The notes beneath the pieces were generated by a model, which saw nothing but the letters and a program-made list of their open reading frames with translations, ran no database searches and was not told where the DNA came from. A stretch of DNA of 34,764 bases from a virus (lineage: Duplodnaviria; Caudoviricetes), in the IMG/VR virus record IMGVR_UViG_3300027835_000014, positions 1 through 34,764 of that record, one strand, 5' to 3'. Shown in pieces: positions 15,740 through 25,465 of the stretch (positions are counted from its first letter, which is position 1; each line of letters opens with the position of its first letter). Both the position numbers and the translations under genes were made by a program.

Positions 15740-17548
15740 CTATCTTGAATTTCTTAATGCAAACGCTATCTTGTTACCCAGCAAATTCATATCAATGGTA
15801 TTGTCCACAGTTGCATATATATTGATGGGTGTGTTGTTTGTTGTTTTACTGTTCATTACTTGCGTGGGTATACTTTGCTGACCGGTCAACATTGCCTTTG
15901 ATAAAACAAACTCACCAGCATGTAAAACTGCAAGACCGGTTGCCGGGACAAAACCGCCGTCTTGAAAATGTGGAATTTCCGGTATTTTTATTTTGCCATT
16001 GGATGCTGCGCCGGCCACTTTGTTGAAACCTGAAATAACACCATTGACCAAGCCAATAACTACATCAAGTGCTAGTTTTATTGAGTCAATTAGGTATTTT
16101 ACACCGCCACTTATAACATCCTTGATGCCATCCCAGACAATACTCAGTCCTTTTTTTATACCTTCCCATGCCTTTGACCAATTACCAGTGACAATACCCA
16201 TGCCAATATCAAGCACAATAGTAATAAGACCCCAAGCTATCTCAATAATTCCTTTGATGATCTGCCAAACGTCAGCAAGGTAACGAGCAAGAGCCTGCCA
16301 TGTGGTATTCCAAAAACCTTGTATAAATCCGAGTGCAAACCTGAAAATAGCAACTATGTCAATCCAAAATGCCTGAAACGTAACCTTGTTATCGTTTATA
16401 AACTTCATTATGTCCTTAATTGCTCTGCCAACAAAATTTGATATTGCTGCAGCAATGACATTAAACGCAGCACCAACCTCATTGGCAACTGGTGAAAATG
16501 TTTTCCAGTTTGCAACTACGAGAGCAACCGCAGCACCAACGCCGGCAAAGATAAGAAGCACCGGGGCTGAGACTGCGATAAAAGAGAGCATTGCTGATAC
16601 TGCAGCGATGATGGCAATTGCTAGCACTCCGGTAAAAGCACCGGCCAGAGCAACAAGAGCTGTGCGGTTGTGACCAAAGAAAACAATTATTTTACCAAGT
16701 ACATCACCAAACCCACCCAGTTGTAATTTGAGAGCTTTGGCCACTGTTTCTACGTCTGTGCCATACTGCACCCAATCTGTCATTATGGCAATAAAAGCAT
16801 TTAGCTTGGGTAATATAGGAGCAAGACCCTGTACCAGCATGCCACCAAACGCCTCTTGTAAATTATTTACACTTTCTTTAAGTACATTGAGTTGGCCACC
16901 AAAGGTTTTACCGGCTGCTTCTGCACTGCCACCAAACTCTGTCTGCAGCTCTTTCAAAATTACTTTCTGCGCACCCATTAAGTCACCAGACTCTTGCAAT
17001 CTTTTTATGGTGTTTTTCTGCTCATCATTAAATGTCACACCCACCCGGCGCAGCGCGGTCATACCGTTTATAGGGTCATTGAGTGCTTTTCCAAGTTGTA
17101 TTGCTGAGTTTTTTGTATCCTGACCCAAGGCCACTGACATATCAAGTACTGTCTTAGTTGCTTGTGGGAAAACATCTTTATGTATCTGGGTAAAAGTCAA
17201 AAGCATGTTTTCTGCAGATTGTATGGTCTCGTCAGATATTCCAGTTAGTCCCATGTATCGTTGCGCCAAGTACCCTATCTCGTCAGCAGTTTCACCTGCA
17301 GCACCCTTGGTTGATTTTAAAACGGCATTGGTTTGTGCCATAACGGCATCACTTTCTTGAAATGCCTCTATAGAAGTGAAGGCAGCACCAGCCAACCCTG
17401 CCAATGCAACACCAGACACAATTGCTGCGTCTTTGAAGCTGTGAGATAGCATCTCAGCAGTACCGCCGGCCTTTTTCCCAACACCTTCAATTGTGGCACT
17501 TGCCTCATCTCTGGCTTTCAAAACAATTTCTAAAATAGCACCGTCCAT
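15740..17548 (-). CDS. Tail tape measure protein
   Basis: 602 aa, Ala/Gly-rich helical with W/F periodicity; C-terminal FQDGGFV...LHAGEFVL. Confidence 0.92.
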   Translation of the reverse strand: MDGAILEIVLKARDEASATIEGVGKKAGGTAEMLSHSFKDAAIVSGVALAGLAGAAFTSIEAFQESDAVMAQTNAVLKSTKGAAGETADEIGYLAQRYMGLTGISDETIQSAENMLLTFTQIHKDVFPQATKTVLDMSVALGQDTKNSAIQLGKALNDPINGMTALRRVGVTFNDEQKNTIKRLQESGDLMGAQKVILKELQTEFGGSAEAAGKTFGGQLNVLKESVNNLQEAFGGMLVQGLAPILPKLNAFIAIMTDWVQYGTDVETVAKALKLQLGGFGDVLGKIIVFFGHNRTALVALAGAFTGVLAIAIIAAVSAMLSFIAVSAPVLLIFAGVGAAVALVVANWKTFSPVANEVGAAFNVIAAAISNFVGRAIKDIMKFINDNKVTFQAFWIDIVAIFRFALGFIQGFWNTTWQALARYLADVWQIIKGIIEIAWGLITIVLDIGMGIVTGNWSKAWEGIKKGLSIVWDGIKDVISGGVKYLIDSIKLALDVVIGLVNGVISGFNKVAGAASNGKIKIPEIPHFQDGGFVPATGLAVLHAGEFVLSKAMLTGQQSIPTQVMNSKTTNNTPINIYATVDNTIDMNLLGNKIAFALRNSR

Positions 17549-17554
17549 ACTTCA

Positions 17555-17586
17555 ATTATAAGGAGAAAAAAAGGCAGTCTTATATA
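17555..17586 (-). promoter_or_regulatory. Late-type promoter motif
   Basis: TATATAAG-N18-TATAAT-N6-ATG. Confidence 0.7.
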
Positions 17587-17609
17587 TTTAATGAAAAGAG
17601 GACTGATGC

Positions 17610-17834
17610 CTATTGGCTTTTTGCGCTTGCTTCATCAATTTTTCTTTGCGCCTCTGCTGCCATGTGTTTTTGCTTGAGCCACAGTTGCATACGTTCAACC
17701 CACCAATCCGGTTGCTCCATAAGCACTGTGTAGGGCATCTCAAAAAGCTCACACAAATAAATATCATTAAATTCATCTGGGACAAAACCCCGGCCATTTT
17801 TGTGAAACTTAAAGAGTTGAATTTCTACTTTTTT
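17610..17834 (-). CDS. -1 frameshift extension of the tail assembly chaperone (gpGT-like)
   Basis: Slippery A AAA AAG just before the TAG at 17825-17827; the -1 frame stays open to TAG at 17610 (VEIQLFKF...LMEQPDWWVERMQLW...KSQ). Confidence 0.75.
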   Translation of the reverse strand, partial: KKVEIQLFKFHKNGRGFVPDEFNDIYLCELFEMPYTVLMEQPDWWVERMQLWLKQKHMAAEAQRKIDEASAKSQ

Positions 17835-18187
17835 TTTACGGTTTCAGAGAGGTATGTGGACTTTGTCACTTCATCAATTTTGGCATACAATGCTTTACCA
17901 ACATCTTCAAGCTCTGGTGATAATTCTTGTACTGCGTTATAAGCATCATCACCCTGCAAAACATTGCCATCTGGTTTGATGAGTGACACTAGCATCATTT
18001 TTAGTGTGAAGTCTTGAGCTTCATAGAGGATTGACCCATCAATTTTTGTGTTTGCTTTGTTTGTCTCAGCATCAACTGACATTGCGCCGGCCATGAGTTT
18101 TTGGAGCTGTCTTTTTTGACCAAAGTTCAAAAATGGCTTGACCATTGCAGAGTATCCTTGAGGCAATTCAACTTTTTGATTTTCCAT
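17825..18187 (-). CDS. Tail assembly chaperone (gpG-like)
   Basis: Between tail tube and TMP; ends in a slippery KKK; start set at MENQK. Confidence 0.75.
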   Translation of the reverse strand: MENQKVELPQGYSAMVKPFLNFGQKRQLQKLMAGAMSVDAETNKANTKIDGSILYEAQDFTLKMMLVSLIKPDGNVLQGDDAYNAVQELSPELEDVGKALYAKIDEVTKSTYLSETVKKK

Positions 18188-18191
18188 AAGT

Positions 18192-19139
18192 TTAAAGTGT
18201 TGCAAGTAAATTGGTCAATGTAACGGCCATCATTTTGCTTGTTGCTGTGTCGTAAATACCCTCAAAAGAGATTGAAAGCAAATTGTGATTGTCGGTGACC
18301 TTTGACTCAACTGCAGTGTATACAGCTTTTGGTATAAGAATGTCTAGGACATAAGCTGCTGCATTTCCAATTGCCCCACCGGTTGCAATCAGTTCAATTG
18401 ACTCATTGGTATTAGCAAGATAATTTGTTAGCCGTGTGAGTGCGGTTGCATCCAAGTACAACTCAATCTTTCCTGTGACTTGTGAGCCACCTGAGATTGA
18501 AGCATATGCCGGCTCTACATTTCCAAGCGCATAAACGAGATCAAGACCGTTTTTGTAGTCAAGCTCAATGCTCTCAACTTCACCAATAACGCTACCACCA
18601 ATTTTGACTTGTAGTTGTGCATGGTTAAAAGGCTCTACATTTGAAAATGCCCCGGTAATTTGAGTAGAAGATGCTTGTGTTTTGGCCATGATGTGTGGTG
18701 AAAAAGCAAGCATTTCACCAACTTTGCCAGAAATCTTAAAGCCACTGACAATAGAACCTGCAAACCGTCTACTATTTTCAGATATAGATTGCTCAATGGT
18801 TAATGATGGTTTTGGGTTGGTCTCGGTGAAAACGTGGTCATAAACAATTGACTCACCAGCGTGTGTTGCTGGGGTGTCTGTACCAAGTGCAGAAAGTAAG
18901 AAGTGTCCAATATAGTCTGCGAAAGCGTCCATTGTAAAATCACCTTCGTAGCTTGTTTTTCCCTTAATGGCTTTGTAGTTTTTCTGCAGTAATCCTTTGA
19001 CTGCCGGCACTAAATTCATACCGGTTTTTATTTGGATACCGCCAGTGGGTCTGACAGCAATTGACTTGTCTGGTACAACTGCAGTACCCCATGTGGTCTC
19101 TTTTTTAAAACTGATTTGTGCTTGTATTCCTGCGCTCAT
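18192..19139 (-). CDS. Major tail tube protein
   Basis: KETTWGTAV...PSLTIE...FAGSIV pattern; position in the operon. Confidence 0.8.
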   Translation of the reverse strand: MSAGIQAQISFKKETTWGTAVVPDKSIAVRPTGGIQIKTGMNLVPAVKGLLQKNYKAIKGKTSYEGDFTMDAFADYIGHFLLSALGTDTPATHAGESIVYDHVFTETNPKPSLTIEQSISENSRRFAGSIVSGFKISGKVGEMLAFSPHIMAKTQASSTQITGAFSNVEPFNHAQLQVKIGGSVIGEVESIELDYKNGLDLVYALGNVEPAYASISGGSQVTGKIELYLDATALTRLTNYLANTNESIELIATGGAIGNAAAYVLDILIPKAVYTAVESKVTDNHNLLSISFEGIYDTATSKMMAVTLTNLLATL

Positions 19140-19141
19140 AT

Positions 19142-19318
19142 TTATTTATTACCTTTTAAGGCGTCAACTCTCTTTGCCTCACTTTTTGATGTTACTTTCT
19201 CTTGCAATTCCGGGTGGCTTACTTCTTTCTCTGTTGTAATTTCCTCACCAGGCTTGAGTGTTACACCAAGACTAGGAAAATGCTTTTCATCTTCACCGGT
19301 GTATACAAAAGTTTTCAT
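19142..19318 (-). CDS. Small phage protein (58 aa; not in ORF track)
   Basis: MKTFVYTGEDEKHFPSLGVTLKPGEEITTEKEVSHPELQEK...GNK*; fills the gap and follows a promoter motif. Confidence 0.7.
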   Translation of the reverse strand: MKTFVYTGEDEKHFPSLGVTLKPGEEITTEKEVSHPELQEKVTSKSEAKRVDALKGNK

Positions 19319-19328
19319 AACTAAATCA

Positions 19329-19360
19329 ATTGTACTTGGTTTTCTGGGCTTGTTTATACA
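19329..19360 (-). promoter_or_regulatory. Late-type promoter motif
   Basis: TGTATAAA-N18-TACAAT-N10-ATG. Confidence 0.65.
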
Positions 19361-19370
19361 TTTTTAAAAC

Positions 19371-19787
19371 TTACCGCACAACACGCGCTCTTGATGCTAA
19401 AGTTATTTCTAAAATCCGCACATTTGTCTCTTTGTCCCCATATTTCCAAACGCCAGATGTTGGCAGTGACCAGTCAACAACGCCACCAAGTGTCAAGTCA
19501 TGTTCAAGAGCTGTTATTACTGAGTCAGCAACACTCTCAAGTATATCCTCATAATCAGCATCATTGGTCTCATCAGTTCTGAAATACAGACGAATAAAAT
19601 GATAATAGGTCTTGAGGTTAGCCACTGAGTCATGCAGCTCTGCTGTGTGTTCTTTTGCGCTTACTGTTGCTGCAGGAAATTTTTTGATTGCTTTTTCCTC
19701 TTTTCCATACACAACATTAAGACTTGAGACAGTCCCAAGTATTGTAACAATCGCATCTTTTATTGGTTTGTATCCAAAGTTACTCAT
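19371..19787 (-). CDS. Tail terminator / tail completion protein
   Basis: Size, position and FPAATV...DLTLGGVVD pattern. Confidence 0.65.
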   Translation of the reverse strand: MSNFGYKPIKDAIVTILGTVSSLNVVYGKEEKAIKKFPAATVSAKEHTAELHDSVANLKTYYHFIRLYFRTDETNDADYEDILESVADSVITALEHDLTLGGVVDWSLPTSGVWKYGDKETNVRILEITLASRARVVR

Positions 19788-20278
19788 AATGCTGCACCCC
19801 TTGTTGATAGCTTCGTAACAATCAATCTTAATGCTTCCTGCAAGTTGCTGGTCAGTTGTGGTTTCATGTCAGTTTTTGCATCTCTCATATAATGCTTGGC
19901 TGGGATATTGCCGGTATAGGTATAGGGCTTTGTTCTACCAAACTTAGTGCGCCGGCCATTTTTGACGTTGATTGTCATGCCCTTTGTGCCTTTTTCCTGC
20001 GCAAGCGCGTACTCTAAATTTGTACCCACCCTTGCCTCAACATTATTACCGGTGATTCTTGCCAGATGGCCGGGGTCGCGGTCAGTATGTATTGAGTTCC
20101 ACAAACCACCTTTTTTGTGAGGTGCTTTTGCTCTTGCGTCTTTCTCTAAATCATAAGCGGTTTTATTGATGGCCTGACTGATAACTTTTTTGGCATAGTC
20201 CCCCACTTCTGTAAATGCCTTTTCAAGCTCTTTTGCCCCTATGACATTAACTGATAAATTGTAACCGGGATTTGCCAT
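19784..20278 (-). CDS. HK97 gp10-like neck protein
   Basis: AKAPHKKGGLWNSI...VGTNLEYALAQEKGT...PAKHYM. Confidence 0.8.
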   Translation of the reverse strand: MANPGYNLSVNVIGAKELEKAFTEVGDYAKKVISQAINKTAYDLEKDARAKAPHKKGGLWNSIHTDRDPGHLARITGNNVEARVGTNLEYALAQEKGTKGMTINVKNGRRTKFGRTKPYTYTGNIPAKHYMRDAKTDMKPQLTSNLQEALRLIVTKLSTRGAAL

Positions 20279-20280
20279 AA

Positions 20281-20601
20281 TCAAACCACCTGCCTTACTA
20301 AGCACCGTATGTACTTCAAAAATTGATTGTTAATAACAAATGGCTGACCGTCCACAACATACTCTATGCCTGCTTGCGTTACAATTTTGTCAGCATTGCG
20401 CACCACCATAGTCACGTCATATAAAAAAAGCTCAAAGAGCTGAAATGCTGCAACATCCCCAGAGGTTTGTATGTCTGTGCCAGTAGGTGAGATGCACGCA
20501 TTTTTTTGTGTATACGCTGGGGTAGTGTCATACGCTTCTTTGTTACCAGTCCTTTTGAGATGGTACAGTGAAACTGTGTCTGTTACGGTAAGTCTTGGCA
20601 T
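20281..20601 (-). CDS. Head closure (stopper) protein
   Basis: Beta-rich ~106 aa after the connector; start set at MPRLTV. Confidence 0.6.
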   Translation of the reverse strand: MPRLTVTDTVSLYHLKRTGNKEAYDTTPAYTQKNACISPTGTDIQTSGDVAAFQLFELFLYDVTMVVRNADKIVTQAGIEYVVDGQPFVINNQFLKYIRCLVRQVV

Positions 20602-20605
20602 AATA

Positions 20606-21202
20606 TTAGAAATGGTCAACCGGTGGCAGTCGGTATTGATCTAGCACCAGTTTTACAAAATCCGGTATGCCACCAACTTTGTCTGCTGCATATTGAGCCA
20701 TGACAGTACCAACTTGGGTACGCGTAACTTCTTTATTTGCATCCGGTGAGGTTTGTATTTTTCTAGCAAGCCACTCAATCAGTGCCAATTTTATTGGACT
20801 TGGCACAACCCCTGCTGCACCTGAGTGGTAAGTGATTACAACGGACAAAAAGCCCAGAGGATTTGGCAAGACAATGGTTTGTGGTCTTACCCAAAGTTTG
20901 ACATAGGTTTTGTAGTTATAAACATACTGCAAGTCCCAAGGTACACCGCCAACGGTCACAGCATCAATGCTGGCAATAGGTGGGTAGTCAACTATAAAAG
21001 TGCTGTTTGCCTGTGGTGATGTAGTTTCCTGCAGAGCGTCAAAATTCTGAGTAATGGGGTTGGTGATATTCCAAGACCGGTTACAGTACTGGTCAATCAT
21101 GTCTTGCATTGATGGTAAAAGCAATGCAAAAAGAGCCTGACCATTAGCTGTGAGCGAAATATCTAAATATGTCTCAATGTCTGATTGTGCGCAGTAGTTC
21201 AT
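20606..21202 (-). CDS. Head-tail connector/adaptor protein
   Basis: YCAQSDIETYL...IDQYCNR...VPSPIKLA...VLDQYR. Confidence 0.8.
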   Translation of the reverse strand: MNYCAQSDIETYLDISLTANGQALFALLLPSMQDMIDQYCNRSWNITNPITQNFDALQETTSPQANSTFIVDYPPIASIDAVTVGGVPWDLQYVYNYKTYVKLWVRPQTIVLPNPLGFLSVVITYHSGAAGVVPSPIKLALIEWLARKIQTSPDANKEVTRTQVGTVMAQYAADKVGGIPDFVKLVLDQYRLPPVDHF

Positions 21203-21208
21203 ACTTTA

Positions 21209-21240
21209 ATTATAGTGAGAACATTTGCGCTTCTTATACA
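21209..21240 (-). promoter_or_regulatory. Late-type promoter motif
   Basis: TGTATAAG-N18-TATAAT-N6-ATG. Confidence 0.7.
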
Positions 21241-21242
21241 AT

Positions 21243-23201
21243 TTACACGTTGTAGTATAAAGCTATGAGGTCAGTGAGTATTTTGCCTGAGTTGTAGTAT
21301 TCTGCTGCATTATCAGTTGCCAACTTACTACCTTTTGCGTCAAGGCTTGATTTACTTCTGTATAAACCATAAGCTGATTTGATGCGTGCAGTTCCGGTGA
21401 TGTCTCTATTTACAGCAGTCTCTACCTCAGCTCTGCATATAATTGTACGCAACACACTGACCGTCACCCGGCTGGTTGCGGTGATATTTCTAAGCCGGAT
21501 AACATTGATACGTGAAATGCAAACAATGTTTCTTGCTACATTTACCGCAATACGAGTAATGCCGGTCTGAGTTCTATTTACAATCTGAGTGATACGAGCA
21601 ATAGCCGTGATGTTTCGACTTGTTATTCTGGTAATTCTTGCGGTTGCAATCACCGTTTTGCTGACAATTTGGGTAATCCTTGAGATAGCGGTAAGTGTTT
21701 TTATAGCAGTAGCGGTGATACGTGCAATACCTGTTGTTGTTTTAGTTGTTGTTGCTGTAATTCGTGCCACGGCGGTAATTGTTCGTAGAGTTTTGGCAGT
21801 AATTCTTGAAATTGCAGTTGTGGTTTTGACGACTATTTGAGTAATCCGCGCAACGGCTGATTGTGTCTTCACCGTGGTTGCCGTGATTCGTGCTGTAGCA
21901 GTAATTGTCTTGAGGGTTGTAGAAGTAATACGCGCTACGGCTGTTACTGTCTTTAAAACAATTACATTTATACGTGCAATTGCTGACTGAGTTTTAATTG
22001 CCGTGGCAGTGATGCGTGCAACGGCACTTTGAGTCTTCAAGGTTTTTGCAGTAATCCGGGCGACTGCAGTAATTGTCTGTGCTGTGATGTGAGTGATGCG
22101 TGATACAGCACTGAGCGTTTGTGTGACAACTCTTGTAATTCTTGATATGGCAGTTTGAGTTTTTACTGTTGTGGCAGTTATCCTAGCAGTAGCGGTCACC
22201 GTTCTTACTGTGATTGCCGTTATTCTGGCAACTGCTGTGATTGTTTGCGGTACAACTCTTGTGATGCGTGAGATTGCCGTGACTGTTTTGGTCACTGTGA
22301 CCGTAATACGCGCTAATGCTGTTTGTGTCCTTACTGTGGTGGCGGTAATTTTTGCCACAGCACTCAATGTTTTTGTAGTTATGGCTGTAATACGTGAGAC
22401 TGCTGATATTGTTTGCGTTACTGTCCTCTGTATCCGGGCAATAGCTGTTTGTAACCGGGCAGTTGCAGCATTTATATTGGCAATAGCAGTCTGTAGTTGG
22501 TTTGTTACTGCAGTAATCCTAGAAATACCGGTTATTGTTTGTGTTCTAGTGAAAACCTGTATTGCAAAATAGCGTAATGCCTGTACCACCCTCTCATAAA
22601 AAGGGTTCATGCTGGGATTAAGCAATAATATAATCTCTGCAAAGTTTCCAGGGCTCGTCCATGTCAATGTAAAGTCCTGTAGTGAATAAAGTTCTTTATA
22701 CGCAGTCACCGCCTGATTGAAAGTGTAGGAATAGCTTTGTATTGTAGTCCAACCAGCCGGTGTACTTGCACTATCAGAAGTTATTGAGGCAATTGCCCAC
22801 TGCCCCAAAGTTTCAGCATGAATAGTAAGGCCACCGCCACTAGAAGTATCAAGGCTTTGAGATTTCACTCCAAAGGGTTCAAAAGGATTTACGCCATTAA
22901 ATACAACTGCATCATTACCATCAAAATTGTTTGCTGTATTTACAACGTGTATGGTGTTCGTACCCACCTGTGGATTTGGAAAATACCACACATCAATCTC
23001 TTTATTTGGAGAACTACCACCGAGCTGCCTTTTATAAAAAATTGCTGGTTCACCATTGACCGTGATACTTGTAGCGTGATCTGCTCCATTATTGCCGTCA
23101 TTGTGGCAAAAAATAAGCATGAAGCGATTACGACCCGGTTTTACTGTGAGGCTAAAGTCACTATCACTTGCGCTACTTCCTGAGGTATTTATTGTTATCA
23201 T
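21243..23201 (-). CDS. Putative virion protein: N-terminal beta domain plus ~28 x 14-aa Thr/Arg-rich repeats
   Basis: Consensus T-[IQVL]-[TS]-A-[VI]-[AS]-R-I-T-x-x-[TV]-x-[KRQ]. Confidence 0.75.
   Translation of the reverse strand: MITINTSGSSASDSDFSLTVKPGRNRFMLIFCHNDGNNGADHATSITVNGEPAIFYKRQLGGSSPNKEIDVWYFPNPQVGTNTIHVVNTANNFDGNDAVVFNGVNPFEPFGVKSQSLDTSSGGGLTIHAETLGQWAIASITSDSASTPAGWTTIQSYSYTFNQAVTAYKELYSLQDFTLTWTSPGNFAEIILLLNPSMNPFYERVVQALRYFAIQVFTRTQTITGISRITAVTNQLQTAIANINAATARLQTAIARIQRTVTQTISAVSRITAITTKTLSAVAKITATTVRTQTALARITVTVTKTVTAISRITRVVPQTITAVARITAITVRTVTATARITATTVKTQTAISRITRVVTQTLSAVSRITHITAQTITAVARITAKTLKTQSAVARITATAIKTQSAIARINVIVLKTVTAVARITSTTLKTITATARITATTVKTQSAVARITQIVVKTTTAISRITAKTLRTITAVARITATTTKTTTGIARITATAIKTLTAISRITQIVSKTVIATARITRITSRNITAIARITQIVNRTQTGITRIAVNVARNIVCISRINVIRLRNITATSRVTVSVLRTIICRAEVETAVNRDITGTARIKSAYGLYRSKSSLDAKGSKLATDNAAEYYNSGKILTDLIALYYNV
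21363..22538 (-). repeat. Degenerate 42-bp coding tandem repeat (~28 units)
   Basis: Uninterrupted 14-aa periodicity from TITGISRIT to DITGTARIKSAYGL. Confidence 0.85.
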
Positions 23202-23210
23202 ACATAGTTT

Positions 23211-23819
23211 TTATCCAATACTGTCTGCTGTTATCGCAGCAATTCTAGCAACAATAGCAATTGTTGTGCCTGCTTGATATTTATTATTTACAACAACCCT
23301 TAATCTCTTAATTGCTGTGCAGTCAACTGGTACAACAAATTGCTCACATTTATTTACGATTTGTGAGCTTGTTTGTGCGTTAGTCAACCCATCTGCAAGT
23401 GTTTCTGTAGTCGTTGAACCAATTGACACCAGTTTGCCCCATTCAGAGTTACCAATTGTAGAATTTTTAAAGAAAACAATATCATCTTGCACATACGTCC
23501 CAGCAGATGTATGCGTCACTGCTGTAGCTCCTGCGTTGAGCGTTCCTGAGACAGTTTTTAAATTTGCCGCAACTGTACCGGTGACAAGGCTTACAATTGG
23601 TCGCCATGTATCATTTCCGCTTGATTTTTCAGATGCTTCAATTCTATATTCAGTACCTTTTGTTGGTGCTGTTGCAGAGTCCGGTGCATGATCTATAAAT
23701 ATTGTGGCTGCCAAAACTGTGCTTACATCTAGCACTGAGGAAATCTGTTGATTGCCTGAACCAATAGCAGTAATTGCTAAAAGCTCTGTCTGTATTGTTT
23801 TATTGATTGATGATGCCAT
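23211..23819 (-). CDS. Putative structural beta-rich protein
   Basis: Thr/Ser/Ala-rich; located in the head module. Confidence 0.55.
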   Translation of the reverse strand: MASSINKTIQTELLAITAIGSGNQQISSVLDVSTVLAATIFIDHAPDSATAPTKGTEYRIEASEKSSGNDTWRPIVSLVTGTVAANLKTVSGTLNAGATAVTHTSAGTYVQDDIVFFKNSTIGNSEWGKLVSIGSTTTETLADGLTNAQTSSQIVNKCEQFVVPVDCTAIKRLRVVVNNKYQAGTTIAIVARIAAITADSIG

Positions 23820-23825
23820 ACTCTC

Positions 23826-23857
23826 ATTATAAAGTTCCTATAGCCTGATGTTATATA
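23826..23857 (-). promoter_or_regulatory. Late-type promoter motif
   Basis: TATATAAC-N18-TATAAT-N6-ATG. Confidence 0.65.
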
Positions 23858-23859
23858 TT

Positions 23860-24468
23860 TTATTCAACGCTTATTTTCTGTTGGTAGCTCTTGCCTGAGA
23901 TTGTAGTTTGCCAACCAATGCAATATCTGCGTGGGGGTACTGGCACATCTGGCATAATATACACTTTATGTACCATTTGCATCTTGCCATCAAGTTCGTC
24001 TTTTTCATCAATTGACCACATTTTAGCCACTTTGGTAAAAACAGTATCGTTGCCAATTCTATTAGTGACAACGGTACTGCCATCCTTACGTTTCACAATA
24101 CGTCTGGGGTTGTTAAAAAGTGCAGGGGTAGTATGTTGTTGTGTGGTAACAATCCAATAAATCAGCTTATACTTGTTGGTTTTTATTGGCAATGGTCTCT
24201 CACCCTCAACGTCAATTTTAATGCCATCAATTTCAAAATGGCCGTCAGTTAGATCCACGGTGTATTTTCTACCAAAGAGTGTTTGTTCAATAAGTGTGAA
24301 GCGTTTTATATTAAATTTATCAACATCCTCTTGGATGTCAGACATGCAGTTTTTACCCTGTAGTATTCCTTTTTCATTGGGGACAGCCGGCCATTTTATA
24401 GAGGTATCAAGTTTGTTTTGCTTATACTTTGTGCCGTCTAAAAATTCTGCTTCAAAGAGGTATTTCAT
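23860..24468 (-). CDS. Hypothetical phage protein
   Basis: 202-aa ORF in operon; VDLTDGHFEIDG and YCIGWQ segments. Confidence 0.6.
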   Translation of the reverse strand: MKYLFEAEFLDGTKYKQNKLDTSIKWPAVPNEKGILQGKNCMSDIQEDVDKFNIKRFTLIEQTLFGRKYTVDLTDGHFEIDGIKIDVEGERPLPIKTNKYKLIYWIVTTQQHTTPALFNNPRRIVKRKDGSTVVTNRIGNDTVFTKVAKMWSIDEKDELDGKMQMVHKVYIMPDVPVPPRRYCIGWQTTISGKSYQQKISVE

Positions 24469-24504
24469 AGCATTGTATTGCTGGGACGCATTGTATTGCG
24501 TTGC

Positions 24505-24792
24505 TTATTTTTCTTGTTCTTCTGGGACACCGCCCATAACTTCATCAAGAGTGTCAATTGAGCCTTGTACGCTTACTTGTCCGGCGTTTTGTTCTTTGTG
24601 TTCTTCAAAATGCGCTTTTATTTCTGCTGCAGTCATACCGGCTGGTGCTTTGATAAACCCACCACACTCAACACATGTAAAAACCAGCTCACCATTAAGG
24701 TCAACCGCCCCGGTGTGCGCTGTATCTGCCTGACATTTTGCACAGAATACGTCTATTGTCTTTGGTTGTATTTTTTTATTTTCGTTTGACAT
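24505..24792 (-). CDS. Zinc-ribbon protein
   Basis: CAKC...CVEC. Confidence 0.6.
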   Translation of the reverse strand: MSNENKKIQPKTIDVFCAKCQADTAHTGAVDLNGELVFTCVECGGFIKAPAGMTAAEIKAHFEEHKEQNAGQVSVQGSIDTLDEVMGGVPEEQEK

Positions 24793-24796
24793 AGTT

Positions 24797-25345
24797 TTAG
24801 TTCTCGTTATATTGCAAGGTTAGTGTTTGACTAGGAATATCACCGGCTGCTGCATTTGATGCTGTCTGCAGTTGTGATGCAAGCCAATTTGTATAGCAAG
24901 GGTTCGTTGTCATTGTTGCTGCTTTTCCAGTTGCTTCTGGCCCGGTTGCCCCAAACCACACAGCGACACCAGAGCCAATTGCGATAGCAGTTGTACCATC
25001 AACGGTAAGGTTAGAGTTAGCTGCGGTACTTGGAGTTGCATAAGTCATGTTATCACCATCTGCAGTCATTGCCTTTTGGTGTTTGAGGGTCATGTTGGTG
25101 AGCGTTCCAGCAGTGTGAGCAAAAAGACCGGCTGAGATTTGATTAAATGTGCCAGAAAACTTACCAAACTGAAACTTAGTGTAAGAGTTATTGCCTGCAG
25201 TAATAGGACTAGATGAGTACGCGGTGGTACTATCATCTATATTTTTCCAATTACACTCAGTACGACCTGTGGTTCTTGTTGTGCCTTTTGCCGGTGAGCC
25301 TGTTGCTGCCCCGTTATCTTCTTGAAAGTCAAATGTTGCTGCCAT
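24797..25345 (-). CDS. Putative structural beta-rich protein
   Basis: Thr/Ala/Gly-rich; ends TLTLQYNEN. Confidence 0.6.
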   Translation of the reverse strand: MAATFDFQEDNGAATGSPAKGTTRTTGRTECNWKNIDDSTTAYSSSPITAGNNSYTKFQFGKFSGTFNQISAGLFAHTAGTLTNMTLKHQKAMTADGDNMTYATPSTAANSNLTVDGTTAIAIGSGVAVWFGATGPEATGKAATMTTNPCYTNWLASQLQTASNAAAGDIPSQTLTLQYNEN

Positions 25346-25353
25346 ATGATCTA

Positions 25354-25385
25354 ATTATATTGTTTAAATTGTGCCGGTTTATACA
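25354..25385 (-). promoter_or_regulatory. Late-type promoter motif
   Basis: TGTATAAA-N18-TATAAT-N8-ATG. Confidence 0.7.
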
Positions 25386-25420
25386 TTTTTATTTTTGTTG
25401 TTAAAAAAGGGCTTACAAAT

Positions 25421-25444
25421 AAAAAAGACTGCACAAAGCAGTCT
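25421..25444 (-). terminator. Rho-independent terminator
   Basis: Minus strand AGACTGC-tttgt-GCAGTCT followed by a T-run. Confidence 0.7.
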
Positions 25445-25465
25445 GAATAAAATATAGGTGTGAAA

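Noticed and set aside
17588-17797. 69-aa ORF between chaperone and TMP
   Set aside because: Wrong frame; the -1 frameshift frame ending at 17610 explains the region.
21363-22538. 42-bp periodicity as a CRISPR array
   Set aside because: Repeats are degenerate at DNA level, conserved at protein level, have no spacers, and no cas genes are present.
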